From assembly GCF_009914755.1 (NCBI RefSeq), contig NC_060934.1: a DNA stretch of 64,000 nt; one strand, 5' to 3'. Positions 1-31,030 of this stretch are shown here, in pieces. The notes beneath the pieces are model-generated. The model was not told the DNA's origin. It did no database searches and saw nothing but the letters and a program-made list of their open reading frames with translations. Within the stretch, counting starts at the first letter, position 1. Each line of letters starts with the position of its first letter. Position numbers and translations under genes: made by a program. The DNA is from the human T2T-CHM13v2.0 reference genome, Homo sapiens.

Positions 1-123
1 AAAAAAAAAGACTTTTGCCATTGTGTTACCATTTCAAGTTTTCATCACACCTGTAATTTAAAAAATGGGGGGTCTACAGTGTTGGTCAGTACTGGTTCAA
101 TTTTAAAAGTTACTTAAGGCCAG

Positions 124-134
124 GCTGACTCAGC
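124..134. promoter_or_regulatory. AP-1/ARE/MARE-like motif GCTGACTCAGC
   Basis: Central 11 of 13 bases of the T-MARE TGCTGACTCAGCA; motif match only. Confidence 0.3.
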
Positions 135-385
135 TGATCATGCCTAAGCAAATAACAGTTAAGGAGCTGAAGCCCTAGTTAAGCCTAACTGATCTTGGCT
201 GTGGAAACCTTCCAGCTTCTGGGAAGAACCAGGACAATGGGACATCAGTTGGTTAGACTGCATCTTGATGGTTTATATGTGCCCATTGTGTACTTGAAGT
301 TTTTCTTGTCCTTCTTGCCATCTGATAGTGCTGTAGAGTTACAGAATCACACAATATAACAGCCAAAAATATTAGACATAATTGA

Positions 386-699
<314 letters not shown>

Positions 700-730
700 C
701 CACTCTTCTTATTTTAAAAAGACACAGTAT

Positions 731-995
<265 letters not shown>

Positions 996-1118
996 AAAAA
1001 AAAGAAAGGGAAGGGGAGGGGAGGGGGAAAGAAAGAAGGGAGGGAGAAAGGGAGGCAGGGAGGGAGAGAGGGAGGGAGGGAGGAAGGAAGGAAGGGAGGG
1101 AGGGAGGGAGGAGGGAGG
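996..1118 (+). repeat. Polypurine (GGGA/GGAA) low-complexity tract
   Basis: About 120 nt of A/G with a single C. Confidence 0.95.
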
Positions 1119-1172
1119 TTTAGGATTAGAGTGTAGGTGTGCTGAGATCATCATTACTATTTGAGTGATAAT

Positions 1173-1782
1173 TGAAGCAATGTCACTTATCTTGGGTAAT
1201 ACCCGAGGTTCATTGCTGGAAATCAAGGATGTGAACACACCAGAGTGAGGTTAAGAGTGGAAGTTTAATAGGCAAAAGAAAGAGAAGAGCTCTCAGCCCA
1301 GAGAGGGATCCTGGAGAAAAATGGGTTACCAGTTCCATGATGAAATGCACGGAGTTTTATAAATGAGCTTGAGGAGGCAGTGTCTGATTTACATAGGGCC
1401 CAAAAGATTGGTTGGACCAGGTGTGTCATTTACATAGCATGCAAAGAAGCTAATGTTTTATTATGCAGATGGTTCTCTACCTGGCCTGCATCATATTGCC
1501 TGTTTCTTTATTGTACACATGGTTGAAAAAGAAAAGGGAAGATGGAGCCTCCATGTTGAACATGCCTGGCCCCCAGGTAGCCTTTTCCTATTGGCATAGC
1601 TGCTGGCATTCACCCATGCAAGTTTTAGCATGCTTTTCTATGTCTGCAGCTCGATTTTTCAGGGTGGTCTTTGTTAGAAAAGAAATGATTTGGGGGCTGC
1701 TTTTTATTAAAAGGGAAACCTTGCTGAGAACTCTTTTACCCTCACCAACTGCCTAAATAATTTCTTTCTAGCTTCTGCATCA
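1173..1782 (-). mobile_element. ERV1-class solo LTR (LTR9-like) inserted in a MIR
   Basis: TG...CA termini, flanks ataat/atatt (near-TSD), resembles the LTR9 consensus as recalled; MIR core resumes at about 1785-1890. Confidence 0.75.
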
Positions 1783-1999
1783 ATATTAGGCAAATTGACA
1801 AACTTCTCTGTGACTCTGTTCCTCATCTGTGGCATGGGATAGTAAATGGAACCCACCGCATGGGGGAGTTGTAAAGATTTAATGAGATCATAAAGAGCTC
1901 CTGACTTACAGCATGTGCTAAATGAAAAATAATTTTTTTTTTGAAGGAGAAAACTGAAATCACAAACGAATATTGCAATGGCAGAGAAGGAAAAAGGGA

Positions 2000-2240
2000 C
2001 TAATGTTTATTTAGCCCTTGTTATCTACCAGGCCCTATTCTAGGTGATTTACATATGTATTACATCATTTATCTCTGAGAGAGATGTTACTTTTTCCATT
2101 TTACTGATAAGGAGACTGAGGCTCAAAGAGATTAAGTAACTTGCCAGAGGACACAGATCTGGTAACAGCACAGTGAGGTGAGATTCAGATTGCTGCATTC
2201 CAAAGCCCCAGTTCTTTTTCCACTATTCCATTACCTTCCA
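2000..2240 (-). mobile_element. MIR
   Basis: ccattttactgataaggagactgaggctcaaagagattaagtaacttgcc MIR core. Confidence 0.8.
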
Positions 2241-2784
2241 AGATGAGGAGTAGGACCTCATTTTCCTAACATGAAAATGGGTTGCATTTCAAAAATTCGT
2301 TTACAAGTTGGTTGTTTGGAGTTACTTTTCCATGGAGACAATGTTACATGGTTACATGCCCAGGCTTATCTGCAAAAGCTATAATGTAACTGAAATTCTG
2401 CACATTTGTGAACTGAAACTATTAAGGAAAAAAATGCATTTGCAGTTCTAGCTATAAGCAGAAAAGAAAAAATAAGGATGCATTTTAAATTTTGTGGAAT
2501 GAGAAAAGCACGTTCGGTTAGAGGGCAGTGAGGGAGAAGATGGGGACTGTTTTTATTCTGGTGGGGCTCTGGGATACTTTCATGGTATTCACACATATTT
2601 CCTTTTAAAAAATAATTACATATGCAAGAGATAGGACAGGTGGTAGCGTTGACCTAATTTCTGTTGGCAATATTTAGCTTTCCGTTTTAAATATATTTAC
2701 CCATTTTTTTTTTTTTTTGTAATGACATGTGGGAGCCCAGCTAGTCACCCTCATATAGTCATAGAGTATTAAAGTTTATAGATG

Positions 2785-4799
<2,015 letters not shown>

Positions 4800-5485
4800 A
4801 GAAGAATCTTGAGTTGAGGGGGAGGATGAAGTGTTTGCACATTAGAAGCTTAGTCATGGTATCTTCATAAATGGGGATCTGGTGAGCAAGGTTGCTCTGC
4901 TAACATTTATGTAGCCTTAACTGACAGACTGAGTCTCATATTGGGTTAGAATAAACAGCTGCTGCCAAGGAAGCTTAACATTGGTTCTAAGGAAACTATG
5001 TGGCATCAGATAAGCTTGCTTGACATCAGAACTTGCCACTGACATGGTTCATCTGCTGCCTAGCCTATGTGATTGTGTTCTCATTGATGCACATTTAAAT
5101 TAATATTTTGGGCAATTGGTTAAAATTTTGACCTTTAGGCCCTAGAGGTTTCTCATGACTTTATTTATGAAGAATATTGTTGATGCATTTTAGAATTTAA
5201 TTTGTGTTTTTTTCTGATTATGAAGGCAATACATAGTTGATTTAAAAAAAATACTCTGGAAAAAGTATAGAAAAGGATTAAGAAGAAAATAAAAATCACC
5301 TGAAATTCTACTTCCCATGGTATGTTTGCTTCCAGTTATTTTTTCAATGTGGATATATATTTGGGAGAGAGTGGGATGTTTCCTTATTAGTGAAATAGCT
5401 GAGGCTTCAGTAAAATTTCACTTAACACTCATGATATTGAGATGTTTGCCTAATGCACTGTGCTAATTAAGGTTGTTTGTTTAAT

Positions 5486-5807
5486 CAGGTGGTACAAATT
5501 CTGATGCCTTAGGAGCCAAATAGGCAATGAGTGAATCAGGCCAGTTATAAGCACTGGGGAGTGATGGCAACTGTGGTTAACTGGAAAATGCCGGCCCTAA
5601 CTGAAGAAGTTACTACCATCTTCAACTTACTGTTGTCACATGGAAACAGGGGCTAATGTTACCAAATCTTCCTAATTGTCAAGAAAGTCCCAGAAGTCTG
5701 TTTCTTTTTAATGTGAAATTTCTCATGTTAAAAAATACTGTGCAGGTCAAACAAAATAGTCTGTGTGTTGCACTTGGCCCATACACTGGCATTTTTTGTC
5801 ACTCCTG
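5486..5807 (-). mobile_element. MER102-like hAT-Charlie DNA transposon
   Basis: gtgaaatttctc...aaaatactgtgcaggtcaaacaaaa...ttggccca resembles the MER102 consensus; CAGG...CCTG ends. Confidence 0.65.
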
Positions 5808-6173
5808 ACATAAATGCTTCTCAATCTTTCTCATAGCTCTTACAAGAAGAGCACATTTATTAAAGAAAATGTTGGGAGAGGAGTTTATGCATAAGGAGTT
5901 TCTGAGAATGGCTTCAGGAACTTTTCCGTCTGAGAGGGTTGCTTAGTATAGAAATGATAAACTCAGTTACAGGAATCAGGTGGTGACATAAATGAGTAAA
6001 ATGAATTGGGATTAAGATTATGAGTGTGGACATGGTACAAATGCGCTGTTTGGGACATTTGGGTTCCAGTAATGTTTTTCCTTGATGGAATGCAGATCCA
6101 AATTGCTGCCAGACCTTCTAAGATTTAAGAGATGTCAGAAATTTGGATCTTTGTGAAATTTCTTGATTTTCAA

Positions 6174-6302
6174 CTCATTTATGCATAGTGTTCCATTATT
6201 GGAACGCTAAGCTTGTGGGAGTTATTTATATCCTACTGCTCAAGGTCATCGCCAAGGTCTGATTTTTCACACAAAAAAATTGCAACCTCTGGCACAAATG
6301 GG
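6174..6302 (+). mobile_element. MER85 (PGBD3-derived piggyBac MITE)
   Basis: Imperfect 13-bp TIRs ctcatttatgcat / tggcacaaatggg, target-site flanks TCAA (6170-6173) and TTAA (6303-6306), internal palindrome GTTCCATTATTGGAAC at 6190-6205. Confidence 0.9.
6193..6202. promoter_or_regulatory. Consensus CArG box CCATTATTGG inside the MER85 palindrome
   Basis: Exact CC(A/T)6GG match; function untested. Confidence 0.35.
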
Positions 6303-6388
6303 TTAAAAATACTATGTGGACCAAACAAAAACCATCCTTGCCCCAAATTCTACACAAAATCCACTAATTTGCAGCTCTTGGCCTAGAT

Positions 6389-6580
6389 CACTGTTTCCTA
6401 CATATGTCCTAGAAATCCTAATTCTGTCATATATTAATAGGTGCTAAGAAATAAGGAATTCTTGGTCACATGAATTTGGAAAATGATGGATTAAACAAAA
6501 CTGAACACATTTCCTGACTGAAGGTTATCATAGATCCTCAATTATGCTAATGTGCCTTGTAAATTCCTAAGAAGATATAG
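6389..6580 (+). mobile_element. MER103-like hAT fragment
   Basis: ttaataggtg...ggattaaacaaaactgaaca...tatgctaatgtgccttgtaaat resembles MER103C. Confidence 0.55.
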
Positions 6581-6796
6581 CCCATTACCCCACAGTTACA
6601 GTTAGGTCACCATCTCCACTTGCTTCCCCCACCACCCCCCTTGTCTAGGGTAAGAGTGGCTTTCCTCCTGGTAAAGGTTAGTCTCTGTATCTCTCTCCAG
6701 ATTCTTACCCTGTCTCTTCAGGGATCTGACTTCAGAAGAAATCTATTTCCTGCCTCTTGTCCTGTAGCCTATCAGTATGCTTGGTTTTCTCCAGTT

Positions 6797-8850
<2,054 letters not shown>

Positions 8851-8859
8851 TAACGACAC

Positions 8860-10060
8860 CATTAACCTCTCTGTGGCAGTTGACACTATTGACTGTTCCT
8901 GAAATTCTTCTGGCTTTTATGACAGAGTTCTATTGATCCCCCTGCCCCTATCTCTGATATTTTCTTTCCAGCTTTTTTCACCAGCTTGTTCTTCCACCAG
9001 CTACTTATCTGTTGGTGGTGTTGGGTCGTGATTTCATTCATTATCCATGGCTTTTAGAACGTCTGAGTTGCCTGTTACTTGTGAATCAATTTTTCTAGTC
9101 CCGGTAAGTGAACTGAGGAACCATCTTTTCAGTTGCTTATTGGACAACTCCCTCTGAATATCCCAGTGCTAATTACTTTCCCTCTCAGAGCTGGTTTTCT
9201 TCCTATGTTACCAATTGACCCAGTCACTTGAGCCAGGGGCTGGGAGCCATCCTAGATTTCTGTCTCACCCTCCACATGGAGTGTCATGTGGCTGCCTTTT
9301 TTACACCTGCCCTCTCATCTCCATTCACACTGCTGCTGCTTCTGCTACAGTTAATCTGTAGTTTATCTTTCACTAAGACTGTAAGCTCCATGAGATCTGG
9401 GGCCATGTGTGTTTTCTTCATCACTGTCTGTAATGCTTGGTACATTGCATGTTATGTAAGTAATATTTGTTGATTGAATAAATGAATTCACAAATGAACT
9501 TGTCTTCCGAGTTTTCTTCGCTCTGATCCATTCTTGCTGCTGAATTTTTCTGTTTGAAATGCAGACCTAACAATGTCTTTTACTTAGAATAATTAAATAA
9601 TTCCCCATTGCTTAGAGGATAAGTCTATTGCATTGCATACAAGGCCCTCCATGATGTGGCCCCTTTCTGCTTTTCCAATTTCCTGTCCTCTCCACATCTC
9701 CTCTCTACCCAGTACCCCATTTTCCAGCTATGTTTCCTGAGCTGGCCATGCTTTCCCATATCTTGCCCTATTAACTAGAAAGCCCTCCTTTTTACCTTGA
9801 ATTCCATTACTTCTGGAGAACTCTTATTCTGCCTTCCTAGAGTTTCTCTTCCTCTGTGAAACTTCCTGTACCTCACCTACGCAGAGCAGAAACTTGGTTG
9901 TAACTCTACTAGAGCATGCATTACACTGCATTGCCTTATTTGTTTAAGCATTTGTCAACGAACAACAAGGACTGAGTCTCACTTTTGTATCCCCATCACA
10001 CAGTGACAGACACAGTGCCTCCCACATGGGAAGTACTCATTAAGTGCTTGATTAAATGAA
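8860..10060 (+). mobile_element. L2 fragments
   Basis: gactgtaagctccatgag...aatatttgttgattgaataaatgaat L2 3' ends near 9490 and 10060. Confidence 0.7.
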
Positions 10061-11133
10061 TAAGTTGGAAATCAGAGTAGATTAGAGAGTTTTAGTTTTT
10101 CTGGATGTGGCCTCTTAAACACTGAACTCTGGCTGGCCATCTGTGAATGATGTACAAAGGATATCAGTGAGGGGTGGATGGATCACAAGTTCATCACCAC
10201 CCCAGAAAAACAATCAAAAGCATTGCTGATGATGGGTCACTTACATTATTATTATCCTTGTATGACTGAGGCCTGGTACTGGGCACAGCTGCAATCAGAA
10301 TGGTTGTTCAGTATAATGGATTGATCAGGCTAACTGTTATGCCATGACATTGATTTGAGCCACAGTAAGTACAGGCAAATGGGTACACATTCTTAAGTCT
10401 GGTCACAATCAGTTGGTCACAACCTATTGTCTAAATACATTAAGAACATCTTCCTACCACATTTTTAATGTAATGTTCTTTAGTTACGACTTACATTGTA
10501 CAAATAAGTAACACAAGTCTTCTCAGCTTTGTTTTGTCTTTCTGTTTTCTTGTACTTAGTCTAGCTAAGGGAGACATCTACATTAACATATTTTTTAGTC
10601 TAGGTAGTGACTTGAACCAGCCAACCTTTTTTTTCTTTCTTTTTTTTTTTTTGCTGGAAAGAAACCAAATCTCTCTACATTACCAAACCAAATCGAGTAG
10701 ATTGTGATGAAAGGAGTAATAATAACAACAGCAGAAGACAAAAGGCCTCTCACATAGAATTTTGAACTAAAGTCACATATTGAACAAAGGATATTTAAAT
10801 TAACTACTGAACAAAGTAAGAGCTCTTCAAAAGAAACAGAGCTCCCTGCCAAGCCCCCTAAAAATGCCCCCAGGCCTCTTATTCATTCACTACCATTATT
10901 TCAGTTTATATCTAAAGATGTTTTATTTCTTATCTCATTCTCTTCCCACCACCTAGTGGACACATAGTTGGCACTTACTGCTTGTTTATTGAATTGAATG
11001 GAATCTAGCCCCAAGAGTTAAAAGCTATTCTCTGAAGAAGAAAATAAAAGAGAAATAATTTTGTCAGTGAATAGAAATAACAAGTCTGAGTTTCTCTCGG
11101 CAATGGAATAAAGTTAGGAAGGGATAACACGTA

Positions 11134-11474
11134 CAGTTGGCTCTCTGTATCTGTGGGTTCCACACTTCTGCATTTAGCCAACTGCGGATTGAAAATATTC
11201 AGAAAACAAGGATAGTTGCATCTGTGTTGAACATGTACAGATTTTTTCCTTGTCTTTATTCCCTAAACAATACAGTATAACAACTATGTACATAGCATTT
11301 ATATTATATTAGGTATTATAAATAATCCAGAGATAATTTAAAGTATGTGGGAGGATGTGTGTAAGTTATATTCAAATACTATGCTGTTTTATATAAGAGA
11401 CAAGCATCTGTGGGTTTTGGTATTTGAAGGGGGTCATGGAACCAATTCTCCATAGATACCAAGAGACATGACTA
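11134..11474 (-). mobile_element. MER2 (TcMar-Tigger MITE)
   Basis: TA-flanked; cagttggctctctgtatctgtggg ... ccatagataccaagagacatgacta degenerate TIRs; internal sequence resembles MER2. Confidence 0.85.
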
Positions 11475-11550
11475 TATTTATTATAAAGTTAGATTACTCC
11501 AAAAGGGTTGTTTTTAAATACTGACCCAGAGAAAGCTAATTAGACTATAA

Positions 11551-12600
<1,050 letters not shown>

Positions 12601-13262
12601 TGACTGTTCTACTCTATTTTTATTTGGAAAAGATGGGTGCTATGGAAATTTTCTGTTTTGATGGTGACAGGAGAGTACAGGAAAATGCATTTTCTGTCAT
12701 CAATGGGTTAATGGCTTAAAAATTAAAGATTTGTCTTTGGTTCTCCTAGACAGGCTTTGCCAGTTGTTCTCAAATAGGACATACCTTTCTGCTTCTGTAG
12801 ATCTTTACAAAGTGGTTCTTTGGAAGTTCTCGACTTGTTATTTTGGTGATAGAACACTAAATTGTAAAGATCTAGAACAGAGGATGACAATCTTTGAATA
12901 AATGGGCAGGTCAAGGTAACATAATCCTCTCTGCCTTCACTTAGCATACAAAGTCCTGAACTAACTGAACTTTCCTTTCTAGCCTCATTTCCTCTGCTGA
13001 AGCCACACCAGCGTGTCTTTCTAGTCCTGGCCTCCTTGTACTCGCATATCTGACTGAACCTTCTTTGCCTGTGCTCTTCTCTTTGTTTGGGCTGTCTGAT
13101 TCTTCTCTACTGGGCAGCTTCTCCTTTCCAGGCCTGGCTCCTTTTTTCTAAAAGACCACATAGGAAAGGAATAAATGAAGGTTATAGTAGCTGTGTGAAG
13201 AATGAATTGGAAGAGTCTGGAGCAACAAGACCAGTTTTAGGATACAGTGAGGGTCTCATGGA

Positions 13263-13796
<534 letters not shown>

Positions 13797-14272
13797 CAAA
13801 AATCAATTCCCCAAGAAAAAATGGCATTCATTCTATATAGTCATGTTTTATGTGTTGTACCTTAAAAACAGTGCCGTTCGTTGTCCCTAATCTAATTCTA
13901 GCCAGAGTGTATTGAGCAATCATGGATACTATTGCTTCAAGTATGAATGCAGCTTAGAATAACAAAATCACATTTAGTGTTTATCACTTAAGTATTCAAA
14001 AATAGCATTTAAATAAATGCCCTTGAATATATTTTTAATTATCCATTTATCTTTCCTTACCTACTCCTACTCTTACAAAGAGGCATCAATTAATTACATG
14101 CCATTCAGTTTTTAGTAATTACCTCTACTGAGGTCAGAATATATGCTATTTACAAAACTGTTTTAATGTTTTTGCCTGGTGTAGCCATGATTGCTTTATC
14201 TTTGGATAATAACTGTTTGCCATATATCAGCCTTCTAGCATTGCTACCTTTGAAGGCTTTTTATTTCATTGA

Positions 14273-17310
<3,038 letters not shown>

Positions 17311-17399
17311 AACAACTTACAGTAACATTTTTGTGTTTTTAAATTACAAAAATTACTTTAAAATTTACATTTCAGGAAATTAGAAAATAGGAAACGCAG

Positions 17400-18060
17400 A
17401 TACAAATTCATTCAATTTCCTAAGCATTAGTACAACCAGTAGAATATTTTAAAAATGTTCTTTCGGTGTTGTTGCTTTATTTATACATGTGGATTTTTTT
17501 TGGTGTTGTACTCATAATGTATATTTCTTCTTTTAAGTGAAATATAATGTCATAAACATTTTCCTATAATGCCAAGTTTTTATAACCATTGTTTTAATGG
17601 CCCACATAGTACTCAACCTAACGATATATCTTAATTTACTTAACTATTCCTCTTTGTTGGAGGAGTTATTTATGAAGTGTTTTAGCTTTTATAACTGTCA
17701 TCTTAGTGAATACTTTTGTGAATATTGTTTTTATTATCACATTTGGCATTACTGCTTATAAGGTATATTCTCATAAGTGGAATTCCCAGGTATGACTTTT
17801 TTTATGTCCGCTAACAAATTCTAGCAAGTGATTTTCCAAAGAGAATATGTCAGTTTATATCACCACCTGCAGGGTGTAAAACTACCTATTCCATTGTTGC
17901 ATTCAGCATTATATATTCTTTCTTTTTAACTCGCACTATAATTAGGGAAAAATATCATATTGTTTTAATTTCAGTTTTTTTGATTACTAGTGAAGTTGCA
18001 TATTTTCATGTTTGGTTTCTAGTGTCAGAATCATAATAGCTTCAAATATTTTTCCCAGTT
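17400..18060 (-). mobile_element. Old L1 (L1ME-like) fragment
   Basis: Degenerate antisense L1 3' motifs (aagtggaattcccagg, ttgattactagtgaagttg). Confidence 0.6.
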
Positions 18061-18466
18061 CCAATAACTTCGTTTTTTTCTGTATAGATAGTTTTGTCTG
18101 TCTAACTTGATTCATGTACTTCATGTAACATTTTAGAGATGTGGCCTAGTTTTTTGGCTTAAATACACACACTTATATTCTCAATGATGAATTTCTCCTA
18201 TTATGCTCAGTAATGCTTTCAAATTAGTTATTCTGAAGAAGGAGTAATACAACATTATGTTTGTATTCCATATTGTTATTCTAGTATATTGTGAAGGCAT
18301 ATTATGTGAGTAATCCTAAAAAATTTTTTAAATCCAGAAATCTCCCTTAAATCTAGAAACTTTAATGATAGATTATGTTTAAGTATATGTTTCAAATATG
18401 CTTAAGTAATAGTTTTTTAAAGTCTGAGAATTTATATTTGAATTATGATTTTTTTTCCTCTTGTAG

Positions 18467-18537
18467 GTTGGAAAAGAGACTGTTCAAACCACTGAGGATC
18501 AGATTTTGAAGAGAGATATGCCACCAGCATTTATTAA
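18467..18537 (+). CDS. VCL: Vinculin exon 2 (71 nt; VGKETVQTTEDQILKRDMPPAFI(K), approx. aa 57-80)
   Basis: tttcctcttgtag|GTTGGA...TTTATTAA|gtgagt; translation matches the vinculin N-terminal head sequence; phase 0 in, phase 2 out. Not in the ORF track. Confidence 0.97.
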
Positions 18538-18735
18538 GTGAGTAATTGAAATATTCTTCTGTTGCTAAGCAGAATAATACTCTTGTTAGGAAGAAAAAGT
18601 AGCTGATTTCAGTAACAACTTTTTTTTGGTATAAAACTTTTGTTTACAATTGAAATTTCAACTTTTTTGTCTTCTAACTTTTTTAAAAAAACTGTTCATT
18701 TTAGTTTTTGATATTAGGCATTTTTGACATAATAA

Positions 18736-19515
<780 letters not shown>

Positions 19516-19729
19516 TCATATTTTCAGTTACATTTTAAATTTAAGTTATATTTATATATCTCCTAGTATTCCTAAAAATAATTTCCAGGCTTTTTGGGCT
19601 ATTCTGCATAAAACAAGCAGACATACTAATTTTTGAATACTTAAAACTTCTTAGGTTCTTATATTGTCTTTGATTAGTGGTTTTGTTCTATATGGCAGTC
19701 AAGTTGTAAGCAAAAGTAAAAGCTGATGT

Positions 19730-21325
<1,596 letters not shown>

Positions 21326-21644
21326 GTGTTCCTTTATTTTTATCCTCCTTATGTTCTATTATTTTCATTGAACAGATGTAAAATTCTCACCCATATTGAA
21401 ATCTTCTTATTTCTACCTGAGTGGGTGCTTTATGCAACTGTGTTTCTGTTAATTCCATAAAATGTCTTCATGTGTCAGGAAGTAAGGTGCTAGAAGCATC
21501 TGTTTTTTTGTACAGCCTGTTTTGTGGGAGTATCTTTTTTGTCCTACCTTCATTGGACTTGGTGATCTCAAGGTTTCTTCGAGCTCTGATCAACATGAGC
21601 CTATTTTGTTTACATGCCATCCGATCAGCCTGGTAATATATATA

Positions 21645-26859
<5,215 letters not shown>

Positions 26860-27156
26860 TAAATACCTTCTATGAGCTGGGTATTTTAAGTTGTGTTATT
26901 TAGTCCACTTCATTTTTCAGATGAAGAGAAGCTCAGTAAGGTGTTGAAAGTTACTCAGTTCATACATGGCAGAGGTAGGATTCTAACCCTGAACTGTTTG
27001 ATTCCAAGTATGCTCATTCCAGTATGCTAAGGTACTTTCTCATTCTTCTTTACAATAGTCTCTTCTTCTAACATAATAGTTATTGTGAGGTTTAAATGAG
27101 TGAAATGATATATGTGAAAATACCTAAAACAAACAAAAAGAAACATTTGGTGATTA

Positions 27157-27652
27157 TGTTGCAGGACAGGCAAACCCCAAAACTGAGGTTTATCCCAAGA
27201 GGGTTCTTGGCTTTTCCTAGGAAAGAATTCAAGAGCTAGCCAGTGGTGTTAGCAACTTTTATTGAAGCAGCAGTGTACAGCAGCAGCAGCAGCAGCAGCA
27301 GAGGCATTTCTGCTGGCGGAGCAGGGCTACCCTAGAGGCAGCGTGCCCAGAGTAGCAGCTCAGAGGCAGTTCTGCATTCATATTTATACCCACTTTTAAT
27401 TATATTCTAATTAAGGGGTGATTTGTGCAGAAATTTCTAGAATGCAAGTGGTGGCTACTAGGTTGTTCAGTTGTTGCCATGGAAAGGGGCAGTAACGTCT
27501 GGGTGTTGCCGTGGCAATGGTAAGGTGACCTATCACCCTGGTGGGTGTGTCTTATGGGGAGGTGCTTTTACCCTGGACCTGCTTTAGCTAGTCCTCTATG
27601 TGGTCCAGTGTCCACGCCCTGCCTCTGGAATTGAGTACTGACTCCTACTTCA
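27157..27652 (-). mobile_element. ERV1-class solo LTR (MER66-like)
   Basis: TG...CA termini with perfect 4-bp TSD atta (27153-27156 / 27653-27656); minus-strand TATAAA and AATAAA present. Confidence 0.85.
27278..27301 (+). repeat. (CAG)8 inside the LTR
   Basis: Perfect 24-nt array. Confidence 0.95.
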
Positions 27653-27758
27653 ATTACATATTAGCTCCCTTCTATAGCTTCTTTTTTTTTCTTCTATAGC
27701 TTCTTAATTTTTGTTTCTTAATAATTTTCTCCAAATAAATGATTCAATTCTTCAGTTA

Positions 27759-31030
<3,272 letters not shown>

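Larger units (their letters stand above)
5950..6380 (-). mobile_element. Second MER102-like copy, interrupted by MER85
   Basis: Same motif order as 5486-5807 (gccagaccttc...gtgaaatttc...aaaatactatgtggaccaaacaaaa). Confidence 0.6.

Noticed and set aside
118-200. Faint resemblance to a tRNA-derived SINE head
   Set aside because: Too degenerate to support without a profile search.
6174-6302. Possible small RNA (Y RNA/snoRNA) pseudogene
   Set aside because: TIRs, TTAA target and internal palindrome identify it as MER85.
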